A DNA stretch of 64,000 bases from Spirochaetia bacterium (GTDB lineage Bacteria > Spirochaetota > Spirochaetia > UBA9216), in contig CAXXYH010000003.1 of assembly GCA_963677925.2 (NCBI GenBank), positions 992,001 to 1,056,000 of the forward strand, read 5' to 3'. The position numbers and the translations under genes were made by a program. Numbering within the stretch: the stretch's first letter is position 1; the number at the start of each line of letters is the position of its first letter. A model generated the notes under the pieces. That model was not told the origin of the DNA and did not search any database. It worked only from the letters and a program-made list of their open reading frames with translations. This document shows positions 39,887 through 49,124 of this stretch, in pieces.

Positions 39887-41230
39887 ATGTCGACAAAAGA
39901 TTTATCACTGACAAAAAGCAATTTCGGTCGGAAGGGCTGGGGTATTCTGGTTCTTGCATTTTTCAGCATTCTTTTGATGAGCTCAATTATTTATGACTCG
40001 CTTAACGTAACCATTGAGGTGTTTGCACAGAAATTCGGAATGAACAATCCGGCACCGCTTTACCTTTTTTCAACGGTTGCCGCGTGGATTTCGGTAATCG
40101 GAGCAGTTATATGGGGTGCTATCTGTACAAAGAAGACAATTAAATTTGCATGGGCGATTGCATTGTTCCTTGGAACTGCAGTATGTATTCTCTGGGGTTT
40201 CGCACCAGGTCCCGTTGTTTATTTCATCAGTATTGCACTTGCAAGTGTTGCCGGTATGGGATTTGCTTATATCGCGAACCTCAATGTAATTTCCAACTGG
40301 TTTCCCCGCAAGAAGGGACTTGCAATGGGATGGGTGACGATCGCCTTCCCTCTTTCTGCTGTTGTAACAGTACCGCTGATGACAAATATTGTCAGAGCCA
40401 GCGGATTGACAAGTGTCTATATGATTTATGCCGTAGCAACATTCATCCTTGGACTTCTGGTTGTTTTCTTCGTAAAAGATTATCCTGAGCAGGCAGGAGC
40501 CTTTCCTGATAATGACAAAAACTTCGATCCTGAAGAAATGCAGAAGCAGCTTCAGGCAGGGCTTGAGTATCAGAAAAAATCGGTATGGCAGCCAAAAAAA
40601 CTTCTGAAAACAGGCAATCTTAAAAAGATTGCACTCTCTCTCGGAATAATGGAGCTGCTGTCACTTGGAATAATGACTAATTTTGTACCCAGAATGATGC
40701 AGATAGGTTTCCAGGAGAATGAAATAATTCCAATGCTGATGATGGCGGGAGTTATAGCAATGTTCGGAAGTTATCTATGCGGTATACTCGATGCAAAGGT
40801 CGGTCCCAAAAAAGCCGTCCTGATAACACTTATACTCGGGCTGTTTTCACTAATTCTAAACCTTGTAGGCGGCTACCTCAAGGTAGGCGGTAACGCAGGG
40901 GCGGCAAAGGCTTTGATGTTTGCGGCACAGCCCTTTCTGGGAGTAATGCTGGGCGGCGCTGCCAACTACCTGGTATCACTCACTACAACTATCTGGGGCA
41001 GATACGACTTTAATATGGCTTATCGGGTTTTAAAACCGCTTGTAGCAATAATCGGAGCCCTTGGTATAACTATAGTAGGCGGGCTCGGAAACACAGTAGG
41101 TTATTCATACGCTTATCTGGTTCTGGCCTTCCTTGCAGTAATTGCAATTGTATTTATTCTGATAGTAGATGATTCATATGTCGGATATTCAGAGAATAAA
41201 ACTGAAAAAGCAGTAATGGCAGAGGCCTGA
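39887..41230 (+). CDS. MFS transporter
   Basis: About 12 TM helices; NWFPRKKGLAMG; GILDAKVGPKK motif A-like. Confidence 0.88.
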   Translation: MSTKDLSLTKSNFGRKGWGILVLAFFSILLMSSIIYDSLNVTIEVFAQKFGMNNPAPLYLFSTVAAWISVIGAVIWGAICTKKTIKFAWAIALFLGTAVCILWGFAPGPVVYFISIALASVAGMGFAYIANLNVISNWFPRKKGLAMGWVTIAFPLSAVVTVPLMTNIVRASGLTSVYMIYAVATFILGLLVVFFVKDYPEQAGAFPDNDKNFDPEEMQKQLQAGLEYQKKSVWQPKKLLKTGNLKKIALSLGIMELLSLGIMTNFVPRMMQIGFQENEIIPMLMMAGVIAMFGSYLCGILDAKVGPKKAVLITLILGLFSLILNLVGGYLKVGGNAGAAKALMFAAQPFLGVMLGGAANYLVSLTTTIWGRYDFNMAYRVLKPLVAIIGALGITIVGGLGNTVGYSYAYLVLAFLAVIAIVFILIVDDSYVGYSENKTEKAVMAEA

Positions 41231-41257
41231 TTATCAGACTCGGTCATAGATTCCCCT

Positions 41258-41287
41258 CCCCCTCTATGTAAGAGGGGGCTTTTTTTT
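41258..41287 (+). terminator. Intrinsic terminator
   Basis: CCCCCTCT-N5-AGAGGGGG followed by C and T8. Confidence 0.8.
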
Positions 41288-41448
41288 GATATTTTCAGGA
41301 AAAAGTATCAAAAGAGTTCCATCTGAACAGCCGCCCCCTGTTTTACCGCGCTGAACAGCAGCCCGGCCGGACAATAATCACTCAAAGATCATTTACATCC
41401 GCATCAGCGTATCTTAACCTTTATTAGGAGCACTAATTTACCATCAGC

Positions 41449-41476
41449 TAAAGAAATAATTCAGCAGTGCCGATCC
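41449..41476 (+). promoter_or_regulatory. Putative sigma28 (FliA/SigD) promoter for the MCP
   Basis: TAAA-N16-GCCGATCC about 20 nt upstream of the MCP start. Confidence 0.55.
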
Positions 41477-41496
41477 TGTAATATAAAGGAGCCTCA

Positions 41497-43554
41497 ATGA
41501 AAACCAGTGTAATCGGGAAACTTTTCAGCGGAATGAAGATCTCTACCAAGATCATCCTCAGCAATATATTCTTTCTTATTCCGATGGGAATTATGCTTTT
41601 TATCAGTCTTACCGGAATCAATTACGACATAAGATTCTCAAGCCTTGAGCTTTACGGAAATGAGTATCAGCAGCCGCTTGAGTCGCTGCTTCAGAATATT
41701 CAGGACCACAGAATATACTCATCCGACAGCGGTTTACAAAACAGGCTCTCAGATCTTGAAAGAAAAATAGACTCCGGATTCAATAAACTGGAAGAGGTTC
41801 AGGAAAAACGCGGCGAAGATCTTCAGTTTACCTCCGATGGACTTAGAATACGCAACAGGGAACAGCTTGTCCCTGCCCTTCTGAAAACCAGATGGAATGA
41901 TATAAAGCGATCAGGAAGCAGTGCAGATTATGAATCGCTTGTTTCAGATATACGAGAAATGATTACACATTCAGGTGATACTTCAAACCTTATCCTTGAC
42001 CCGGACCTCGACAGCTACTACCTGATGGATTTAACTCTTCTTGTTCTTCCTCAGACACAGGACAGACTTGGAGAAATACTTGCTTACGGATATGAGCTTC
42101 TGAAAGATATGGAGGCCGGCGGCATAAAAGCACTCCCTGCTTCTGACAAACTTAAATTTTACGTTTACGCAAGAATGCTTGAGGAATCCGACTACAGCAG
42201 GATACTCGGAAGCACAAATACGGCGCTTAACGAAGATCAGAACTTTTACGGTACCTATGAACCCATGCAGTCAACAATACCTTCAGCATTTGAAGCCTAC
42301 AAGGTTCCGACTCTTGAGTTTATAGGCATACTCTATGATCTCGGTACATCTGATGAGATCAATTATTCCTCATCAGAGTTTCTCGATTCCGGAGAGACAG
42401 CCCGGAATCAGAGCTTTGCCTACTGGGATGATACTGTACGGATTCTGAACGATCTTCTTGAAATCAGAATTGACAGTTACCGCAGCACTTTTATTAAATA
42501 TCTGATTGCAGCAATTGCAACCATACTCTGCGCATTCCTGATCTTCCTTGCAATCAGAAAAAACATTCTTTCTTCAATAAGTTCTCTTCAGGCGGGTTTC
42601 AGGCAGGCATCTGAAAACGACCTGACAACAAGAATAGATGTTTACGGAAGGGACGAGATAGCGCTTTGCTCTAATGACTTTAATGATCTTGTAACAAAAT
42701 TTTCAGATCTGATGAATAAACTCCAGAATATGACGGCTATACTTACCGAGTCGGTTCAGAACCTGAACGTCACTTCGCAGGAGGTTTTTGCTACATCAAA
42801 TGAACAGGCTGCCGCTGTCAAGGAAATAGTAACCACAATGGAAGATTCCGACAGCATGTCAAAGTCGGTAGCCACAAGTATTGCGGAGATTTCTGCACTT
42901 GCCTCGGGAACCAACGAATCGGTGAGAAGCGGCTTTGAACTTATCACGACCATCCTTGAGAAAATGAATGAGATTCAGCTCTCCAACGGCCAGACAATAA
43001 AAGGAATAAAATTCCTTTCGGAGAAAATTGAGAATATCTGGGAAATAGTTAACCTTATCAACGGAATCGCCGACCAGACAAAGATAATTGCCTTTAATGC
43101 CGAACTTGAAGCCTCATCTGCCGGAGAAGCCGGAAAGAGTTTTCAGCTTGTTGCTACCGAAATCAGAAGGCTTGCGGACAGTACGGTTTCATCGACTTCA
43201 GAGATAAAAAACAGGATAAACGAAATCCAGCGCTCCTCCGATGCACTTATTGTTTCTTCAGAAGACGGTACAAGAAAGATAGCAGAAGGCAATGATTTGA
43301 CAGGCCGTATGAACAGCGTATTTGAAGGGATACTTTCATCAACCGAAAAGACCTCTACTTCTACAGACTCCATCTCTATCTCAATTAACCAGCAGGTCTC
43401 ATCTTTCGAGCAGATACTGCTTACACTCAGGCAGATTTCAGAGGGAATAGACAACTTTGTTGTAGCAACAAAGGCAAGTGCCACATCTGCCGAAACTCTT
43501 AAGGGCATGGCACAGGAACTTGACAGCAGAATAGAAATGTATAATGTCAATTAA
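41497..43554 (+). CDS. Methyl-accepting chemotaxis protein (same signalling subtype as the Che-operon MCP)
   Basis: TM, helical sensor (SNLILDPDLDSYYLMD), TM-HAMP; tip IADQTKIIAFNAELEASSAGEAGKSFQLVATEIRRLAD. Confidence 0.92.
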   Translation: MKTSVIGKLFSGMKISTKIILSNIFFLIPMGIMLFISLTGINYDIRFSSLELYGNEYQQPLESLLQNIQDHRIYSSDSGLQNRLSDLERKIDSGFNKLEEVQEKRGEDLQFTSDGLRIRNREQLVPALLKTRWNDIKRSGSSADYESLVSDIREMITHSGDTSNLILDPDLDSYYLMDLTLLVLPQTQDRLGEILAYGYELLKDMEAGGIKALPASDKLKFYVYARMLEESDYSRILGSTNTALNEDQNFYGTYEPMQSTIPSAFEAYKVPTLEFIGILYDLGTSDEINYSSSEFLDSGETARNQSFAYWDDTVRILNDLLEIRIDSYRSTFIKYLIAAIATILCAFLIFLAIRKNILSSISSLQAGFRQASENDLTTRIDVYGRDEIALCSNDFNDLVTKFSDLMNKLQNMTAILTESVQNLNVTSQEVFATSNEQAAAVKEIVTTMEDSDSMSKSVATSIAEISALASGTNESVRSGFELITTILEKMNEIQLSNGQTIKGIKFLSEKIENIWEIVNLINGIADQTKIIAFNAELEASSAGEAGKSFQLVATEIRRLADSTVSSTSEIKNRINEIQRSSDALIVSSEDGTRKIAEGNDLTGRMNSVFEGILSSTEKTSTSTDSISISINQQVSSFEQILLTLRQISEGIDNFVVATKASATSAETLKGMAQELDSRIEMYNVN

Positions 43555-43602
43555 ACCCGGAAGTAATTTCTAAAAATCAGCAGCAATTATTTGAGTTGAC
43601 TG

Positions 43603-45363
43603 TTATTTAAAATCAAGAGTTGCCGCTCCGTCCCAGTATTCGGGCGGAGATGCAATGTATTCTATGCATCGTTCCAGAAACTGTGACGTCGGAAAATCAT
43701 CCGGTAAGAGTTTCAATGCATTTTCCAGATAATCTTTTGCAGTATACCAGTTCCCTATCAGGTACATTTTTATTCCGTTTTCATAGAACCTGAACCACTC
43801 CTCTGAAAAGTTCTCAGGTTTGATCTCAAGAGAAAAGATTCTGGTCGGTTCAGTTTTACCCTTCACTCTGGCAATATCAACAAGTCTTGCAGTAAAATCA
43901 AGATGCAGACTGTTTTTTAAATTTTCTGAAACAAGTATGGGTGTACGGTAATGCTTTGTGAGACTTTCAAGTCTTGCGGCAAGATTAATTGTATCTCCGA
44001 TGGCGGTGAAATCGAATTTATCCGAACAGCCGATATTTCCGATGATAGCCGGCCCCTCGTTCAGGCCGACACCAATAGTAAACCCGCCCTCAGGAAGCTT
44101 CAGTCCGGAGAGATCGATCCGCTCATATTCACGAATCATTTCCATTGCCGCCTGGGCAGCTCTGTCGGCATTATCAATGTAGCTTACTGCAGCACCGAAA
44201 ATTGCGTAGATTGCATCACCAATGAATTTATCTACAGAACCGCCGTATTTTTTAATTATTGCCACCATGTTTGTGAAATGCTGATTCAGGAAATTAACTA
44301 CTGCATCCGGGGGATTATCAGCCATGATTTCATCAAAATGACGTATGTGGGAAAACATTGCTACAATCGTTCTCTTCTCACCGGTCATCAGATCCTTTTC
44401 TGTATCTTTAATCAGAAGATCATTGATTATCTCTTCGGGCAGGAATCTTGAAAATGCCGAGTAGATGGTTTTCGTCTCATTCTGCTTTCTTTCAAATTCC
44501 CGGGCAAGATAGATCATCTTCTTAATCTGATTTGAGATATTATCTGCTTCGAGGCCCTCAACCGGAACCTGCTCTCTCCGGATACAGCCCGCAACATAAT
44601 AACCGCTTAACCCAAGTTCCTCCGAATCAAGATCTATAAACAGTGTAACAAGTTTCTCAAGTTCAGGATCTCCAATACATCCGGCTTTAACTCCGGATCT
44701 GCATTTCTTCTTAAGTTCAATTTTTTGCTCATCATCAATTTCTTCATGAAACTTCAAAATCTCATATTCACTTTCCGACGAACCAACTGAGATATACGAA
44801 AACTCGGTATTGAGAATTAGAGCGATTCTTTCGAGGATATTTTCTATTACGAGTTCCATTCTTTCCGCGGTAACATCAAGACATCCAAGTTCGCTTTCGA
44901 AATACGCATCATACAGCCTGTCAAGGATCAGGCTTCTGGATGATGAGGCTGTAAAACCGGGTTTAAGCAGATCCTGCGGTTTTGGATGATTATCAGGATT
45001 CAAAAAAAATTCCGATTTACGGTGTTCATACATCAGCCTGCTTATCTTCATTCGGTTTTCCTGAGACATATTCTCGCTTCTTGGAACGACAAGGTCTACA
45101 GGTAAAATGGAAGATCGGTAATGCTCACCTATAAAGACCAAGGGTATCTGATTAATCAATTGAAGACTTTTAATTGAAAAAATAATCTCTTCGAGTTCTG
45201 TACTGAAACTGTCTCCCAGAAAAACAACATTCGGAGGAGAATTGTACATTTCATCAAGAAGTCTGTCCTTGGTACGGACTATTTCTATATCATACTCATC
45301 AAAATCAAGAAGTATAATCTTTGAAAGCAGCTCCGAGGCCTCTGCATAAAGTATCTCAGCCAT
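43603..45363 (-). CDS. Class III adenylate cyclase subunit B (pseudo-receiver, cyclase, TPR-like tail); lacks first metal Asp
   Basis: Start moved to ATG 45363 (GGGGGT RBS, 8-nt overlap with upstream gene); FSHIRHF, DKFIGDAI, FTAIGDTINLAARLE, RVKGK, PPEYWDG tail. Confidence 0.88.
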   Translation of the reverse strand: MAEILYAEASELLSKIILLDFDEYDIEIVRTKDRLLDEMYNSPPNVVFLGDSFSTELEEIIFSIKSLQLINQIPLVFIGEHYRSSILPVDLVVPRSENMSQENRMKISRLMYEHRKSEFFLNPDNHPKPQDLLKPGFTASSSRSLILDRLYDAYFESELGCLDVTAERMELVIENILERIALILNTEFSYISVGSSESEYEILKFHEEIDDEQKIELKKKCRSGVKAGCIGDPELEKLVTLFIDLDSEELGLSGYYVAGCIRREQVPVEGLEADNISNQIKKMIYLAREFERKQNETKTIYSAFSRFLPEEIINDLLIKDTEKDLMTGEKRTIVAMFSHIRHFDEIMADNPPDAVVNFLNQHFTNMVAIIKKYGGSVDKFIGDAIYAIFGAAVSYIDNADRAAQAAMEMIREYERIDLSGLKLPEGGFTIGVGLNEGPAIIGNIGCSDKFDFTAIGDTINLAARLESLTKHYRTPILVSENLKNSLHLDFTARLVDIARVKGKTEPTRIFSLEIKPENFSEEWFRFYENGIKMYLIGNWYTAKDYLENALKLLPDDFPTSQFLERCIEYIASPPEYWDGAATLDFK

Positions 45364-46951
45364 ATACACCCCCGTAGGCATCTTTTCCGGGTGTATACAG
45401 ACCGTCAGGCCATTCATCATCGGTATTCCGGTTCAAAACAGTTTCCATGGATACTTCAGTACGTACATCTTCGAATACTGCTTTTGATACAAGAACCGGT
45501 TTCTGATACTGCTTTGTTATTCCCTCAAGCTCCTCGGCAATACCAACGACATCACCTATCACCGTAAAAGCGCTTTTATCCGGAGAACCAATATTTCCAA
45601 TAATTGCTTCTCCATGATGCAGACCGATCCCTATTCTGTAATGATTGCCGGACAGAACAAGACCGGAGCAGTCAACCTTCTCAATATTGTCTATCATTCC
45701 GATTGCAGCCTTTACCGCATTCTGATTGACCTGGCCGGAATCCCCGTTCAAACCGAAAACTGCAACTATGGCATCACCGATAAATTTATCGATGGTTCCT
45801 CCGTATTTTTTTATGATACCTACCATCATATCAAAATGCCGGTTCAGAAAATCAACAACCTGCTGAGCATTATTTTCTTCGGTTATTGTTGTAAATGATC
45901 TTATATCGGAAAACAGGATTGTCACATTCTTTTTCTGCACACTGTTTTTCTCTCTGTTTATTTCCTGGAAAATAAGGTCGGGAATTATCTCTGGAGGAAC
46001 AAATTTCGAAAAGATGTTGAAGATCTTACCCTGCCTGAGAATGTTCTGGCTTGTTTTAAGAGAAAGATAGAGGGGCGGTTCAATTCTGTTTACAAGTTCA
46101 CTGATAAGCTCCGGGTATATTCCTTCAAAATAATTATTACTCAGATGGCCGAAGTGTATTGTCCCCACAGCATTCCCATCCGGGCTTTTAAGTGGCAGAT
46201 AAAAATAAGAACTTAATTTTCTTGTCCCGATTTTCATCCTGCTGAATTCTTCCGAATCTTCGGTGAAGAATACTTCATGAGGATTTTCCATATCCAGCCC
46301 CTTGAAGTGTGCAAAAAAATCGTTCAGACAGAAATTAAGAAAATCCCTGTAATCTTCCCGGAATATCCCCTTGGAAGGCATGACATAGGATTCAACACTC
46401 TGGTTGTTGTTAATCAGTACAACGGATAAATGAATTTTTATTATCTGGTGAAGATACTGAAGAAGGTATTCAACTGTCTTTGATAAAACTTCAGTTTTCC
46501 CTGATACCGATGCAATATCACGCTTTACTGTCTGCTTTTGAAGATTATCAAGCAGGCGTCTGACGCTCTCCCCCTGTGAGAGACTCATTCTGATTGGAAA
46601 GTTCAAACCTGCTGCCCGGTTCCCGGTTTCAGAGTCGGGTATTTCAGACAATGTGTATACGGTTCCGGTTCCTCCGCAGGCGATAAACAGATTGCGCAGC
46701 CGGATATCATCCTTAGCCAGATAGCCGTAAACCGGAAGAGCCTCCGAATCAAGATGTTCCCTGAGAGCACAGATAATATCAAAACTCTCGGGCTGCAGCA
46801 GGTCAAGCAGTAGACAGTCAGGGACATCACGGATGTCTTTGAAACTGATGCTGTTTTTCCAGCTGATGAACCTCAGTTCAGGATTTTCAGGAGAAAGAAT
46901 TAGTTTTGAGAGTGATGCTGAAACGGCAATATCTTTCAATGATCTATCCAA
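45356..46951 (-). CDS. Class III adenylate cyclase subunit A (receiver-like, GAF-like, cyclase); lacks transition-state Asn/Arg
   Basis: TTG start overlapping cheA stop; PDCLLLD receiver-like; FSDIRSFT, DKFIGDAI, FTVIGDVVGIAEELE. Confidence 0.88.
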   Translation of the reverse strand: MDRSLKDIAVSASLSKLILSPENPELRFISWKNSISFKDIRDVPDCLLLDLLQPESFDIICALREHLDSEALPVYGYLAKDDIRLRNLFIACGGTGTVYTLSEIPDSETGNRAAGLNFPIRMSLSQGESVRRLLDNLQKQTVKRDIASVSGKTEVLSKTVEYLLQYLHQIIKIHLSVVLINNNQSVESYVMPSKGIFREDYRDFLNFCLNDFFAHFKGLDMENPHEVFFTEDSEEFSRMKIGTRKLSSYFYLPLKSPDGNAVGTIHFGHLSNNYFEGIYPELISELVNRIEPPLYLSLKTSQNILRQGKIFNIFSKFVPPEIIPDLIFQEINREKNSVQKKNVTILFSDIRSFTTITEENNAQQVVDFLNRHFDMMVGIIKKYGGTIDKFIGDAIVAVFGLNGDSGQVNQNAVKAAIGMIDNIEKVDCSGLVLSGNHYRIGIGLHHGEAIIGNIGSPDKSAFTVIGDVVGIAEELEGITKQYQKPVLVSKAVFEDVRTEVSMETVLNRNTDDEWPDGLYTPGKDAYGGVYG

Positions 46952-49124
46952 TCAGCTCCCGCACCCGTTCGAGCAGGCTGCCCCGGTCAAAATCATTTTT
47001 GTTTATGATTGCATTCCCGCCTGCGGCTTTGACTTTATCTTCGAGTTCGCTTCGCTCATTGGAGCTTATTACGATAACAGGGGTTTTTTTGTATTTCTCC
47101 TGCCTTCTGACATTCTCTATCAGCGTAATACCATCCATTCTGGGCATCTGAACATCGGTGATGATAAGATGAAAGTACTGCTCCTTCATTTTATCAAGAG
47201 CGTCAATACCGTCTACAGCAAGCGAGACATTGAAGTTCTCAAGCTCAAGAATTGATTTTTCTATTTCACGCGTTGATAAAGAGTCATCAACAACAAGAAT
47301 CTGCTTATACTGCTTGTCTTCCGGAGAATACCGTTCCTTGAACTCTATATTTCTTATGCCCTTGAACCTTGATATAAGTTCGGGAACAAACAGAATATTT
47401 ATAATCTCAAAGTTCTCATCAAAAACTATCCCTTGTATAACTTTCAGTTTCGACAGCCGTCCCGGGAGAGGTTTATATATTAACGATGAGAACTGAATTA
47501 CAGAATCAACTGTAATACCGATTATATCTCCGAGAGACTCGACAACAACTACAGAGAGTTTCTCGGATACGGATGTATTCTCTTTTCCAAGAAGGGCTGC
47601 AAGGGGATATACAGGAATTATCATCTCTCGAAGGCGTATGACATTCTTGTTGAGCACTGAAACTATTTCATCTCTTTTGATGATTAAAATTTCCTTCACG
47701 AAAGCAGTTGGAATAAGGAATTTTTTACCCTGAGCCTTAACAAAAAATCCGTCGACAGTAGCAAGGGAAAGAGGCAGTGACATTTCAAACAATGTCCCCT
47801 CACCGGTTTTACTGTCTATGATAATCTTTCCTTTAATTTTCTCAATATTTGTTTTTACAATATCAAGTCCTACCCCTCTGCCTGAAAGGTTGGTTATCTT
47901 CTTTGTGGTGGTAAACCCGGACTGAAAAAGAAAGGAGGAAAGACTTCCGTTATCCATCTTTCGAATCTCGTCCTCCATCTCAGGATTAAGCTCTATTGCC
48001 TTAGCCCGTATAGAATCATAATTTATACCTCGGCCGTCATCCCTTATTCTTATATTTATCCGTCCGCTCTCGGATGTACACTGAATAAGGATGCTTCCCT
48101 GGGAATCCTTGCCGGCTTCAGCCCTTTCCTGCGGACTTTCAATACCGTGATCAACCGCGTTACGGATAAGATGTATGATTGGATCATTAATGTTTTCAAG
48201 GATCGTTTTATCTATCAGCAAATTCGAACCAGTAATCTGAAAATCGATCTCCTTCTCAAGCAGCAGTGAAGTTTCTTCAACCATCTTTTTCAGCGGATTA
48301 AGAACCAGATTAAGAGGCAGCATCTGAAGTCCAAGAATTTCCTCCTGCAGCTCAAAACTGATATGCTCAAGCTGTGCCATTTCATCCGAATAGGTCTTCC
48401 TGATCTTCTGGGTCATCTTGGTCAGTTCCCCGAGTGAATCGGAAACAGGCTCAAGCCCGGGCTGATTGGCTGCAAAGTTTTTTACCTTCGCAAGAACACC
48501 CCGAAGACCTTCTTCAAGTTCGCTTAGAGTCTCATTTTCTCTCTTGAACTGGAACTGCTGTATAATCAGGCTGTTAAGCTGTTTTACTATTTCATCAATT
48601 TTTGTAATCTTAACCCTTATCGATTCATAATTCGACAGAGCTGAAGAGTCTTTCACTGAATCCGGAACAGGGCTGTCGTCAACACCATCCTTTCTGTTCT
48701 GGTTATGATCTCCTTCAAGCTCCTCCACTGTGAAAGCAAGGCCGGACTCCGCTTTTCTGAAGACATTCTGAAGGTTCGTCATTTCAATAGTGTCGGTACC
48801 AAGCGATTTAACCCGGTCCAGACCTTCCTCAAGATACCCGATGGAACTGTAGATCAGCTGAAGGAGATTCCGTGTAAGCGGATACCGCTTTTCCTTGACA
48901 CCCTTGAAAATGTTTTCAAGTTCATGGTTAATGGCTTCAAGATTCCTGAAATCCATCATCCGGGAAGAACCTTTGAGGGTGTGAAGCAGCCTGAGAAGTT
49001 CGGACAATTTCTCGTTGTTGTCCGGTTCCTTTCTCAGGGCAATGATGATATCACCCATGGTGACAATATTCTCTCTTGATTCCACTAAGAAGTTATCAAT
49101 AAATGATTTCTTGTCAATTGCCAT
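46944..49124 (-). CDS. cheA: Hybrid CheA histidine kinase with C-terminal receiver (WspE-like)
   Basis: HPt LHTLKGSS, HLIRNAVDHGIE, DDGRG, SGRGVGLD, CheW domain, receiver VVDDS...ITDVQMPRMDG. Confidence 0.95.
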   Translation of the reverse strand: MAIDKKSFIDNFLVESRENIVTMGDIIIALRKEPDNNEKLSELLRLLHTLKGSSRMMDFRNLEAINHELENIFKGVKEKRYPLTRNLLQLIYSSIGYLEEGLDRVKSLGTDTIEMTNLQNVFRKAESGLAFTVEELEGDHNQNRKDGVDDSPVPDSVKDSSALSNYESIRVKITKIDEIVKQLNSLIIQQFQFKRENETLSELEEGLRGVLAKVKNFAANQPGLEPVSDSLGELTKMTQKIRKTYSDEMAQLEHISFELQEEILGLQMLPLNLVLNPLKKMVEETSLLLEKEIDFQITGSNLLIDKTILENINDPIIHLIRNAVDHGIESPQERAEAGKDSQGSILIQCTSESGRINIRIRDDGRGINYDSIRAKAIELNPEMEDEIRKMDNGSLSSFLFQSGFTTTKKITNLSGRGVGLDIVKTNIEKIKGKIIIDSKTGEGTLFEMSLPLSLATVDGFFVKAQGKKFLIPTAFVKEILIIKRDEIVSVLNKNVIRLREMIIPVYPLAALLGKENTSVSEKLSVVVVESLGDIIGITVDSVIQFSSLIYKPLPGRLSKLKVIQGIVFDENFEIINILFVPELISRFKGIRNIEFKERYSPEDKQYKQILVVDDSLSTREIEKSILELENFNVSLAVDGIDALDKMKEQYFHLIITDVQMPRMDGITLIENVRRQEKYKKTPVIVISSNERSELEDKVKAAGGNAIINKNDFDRGSLLERVRELIG

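Noticed and set aside
43603-46951. Cyclase genes as decaying pseudogenes or guanylate cyclases
   Set aside because: Both frames are full length and coupled, the losses are reciprocal, and the specificity residues are Lys/Thr (ATP type) rather than Glu/Cys
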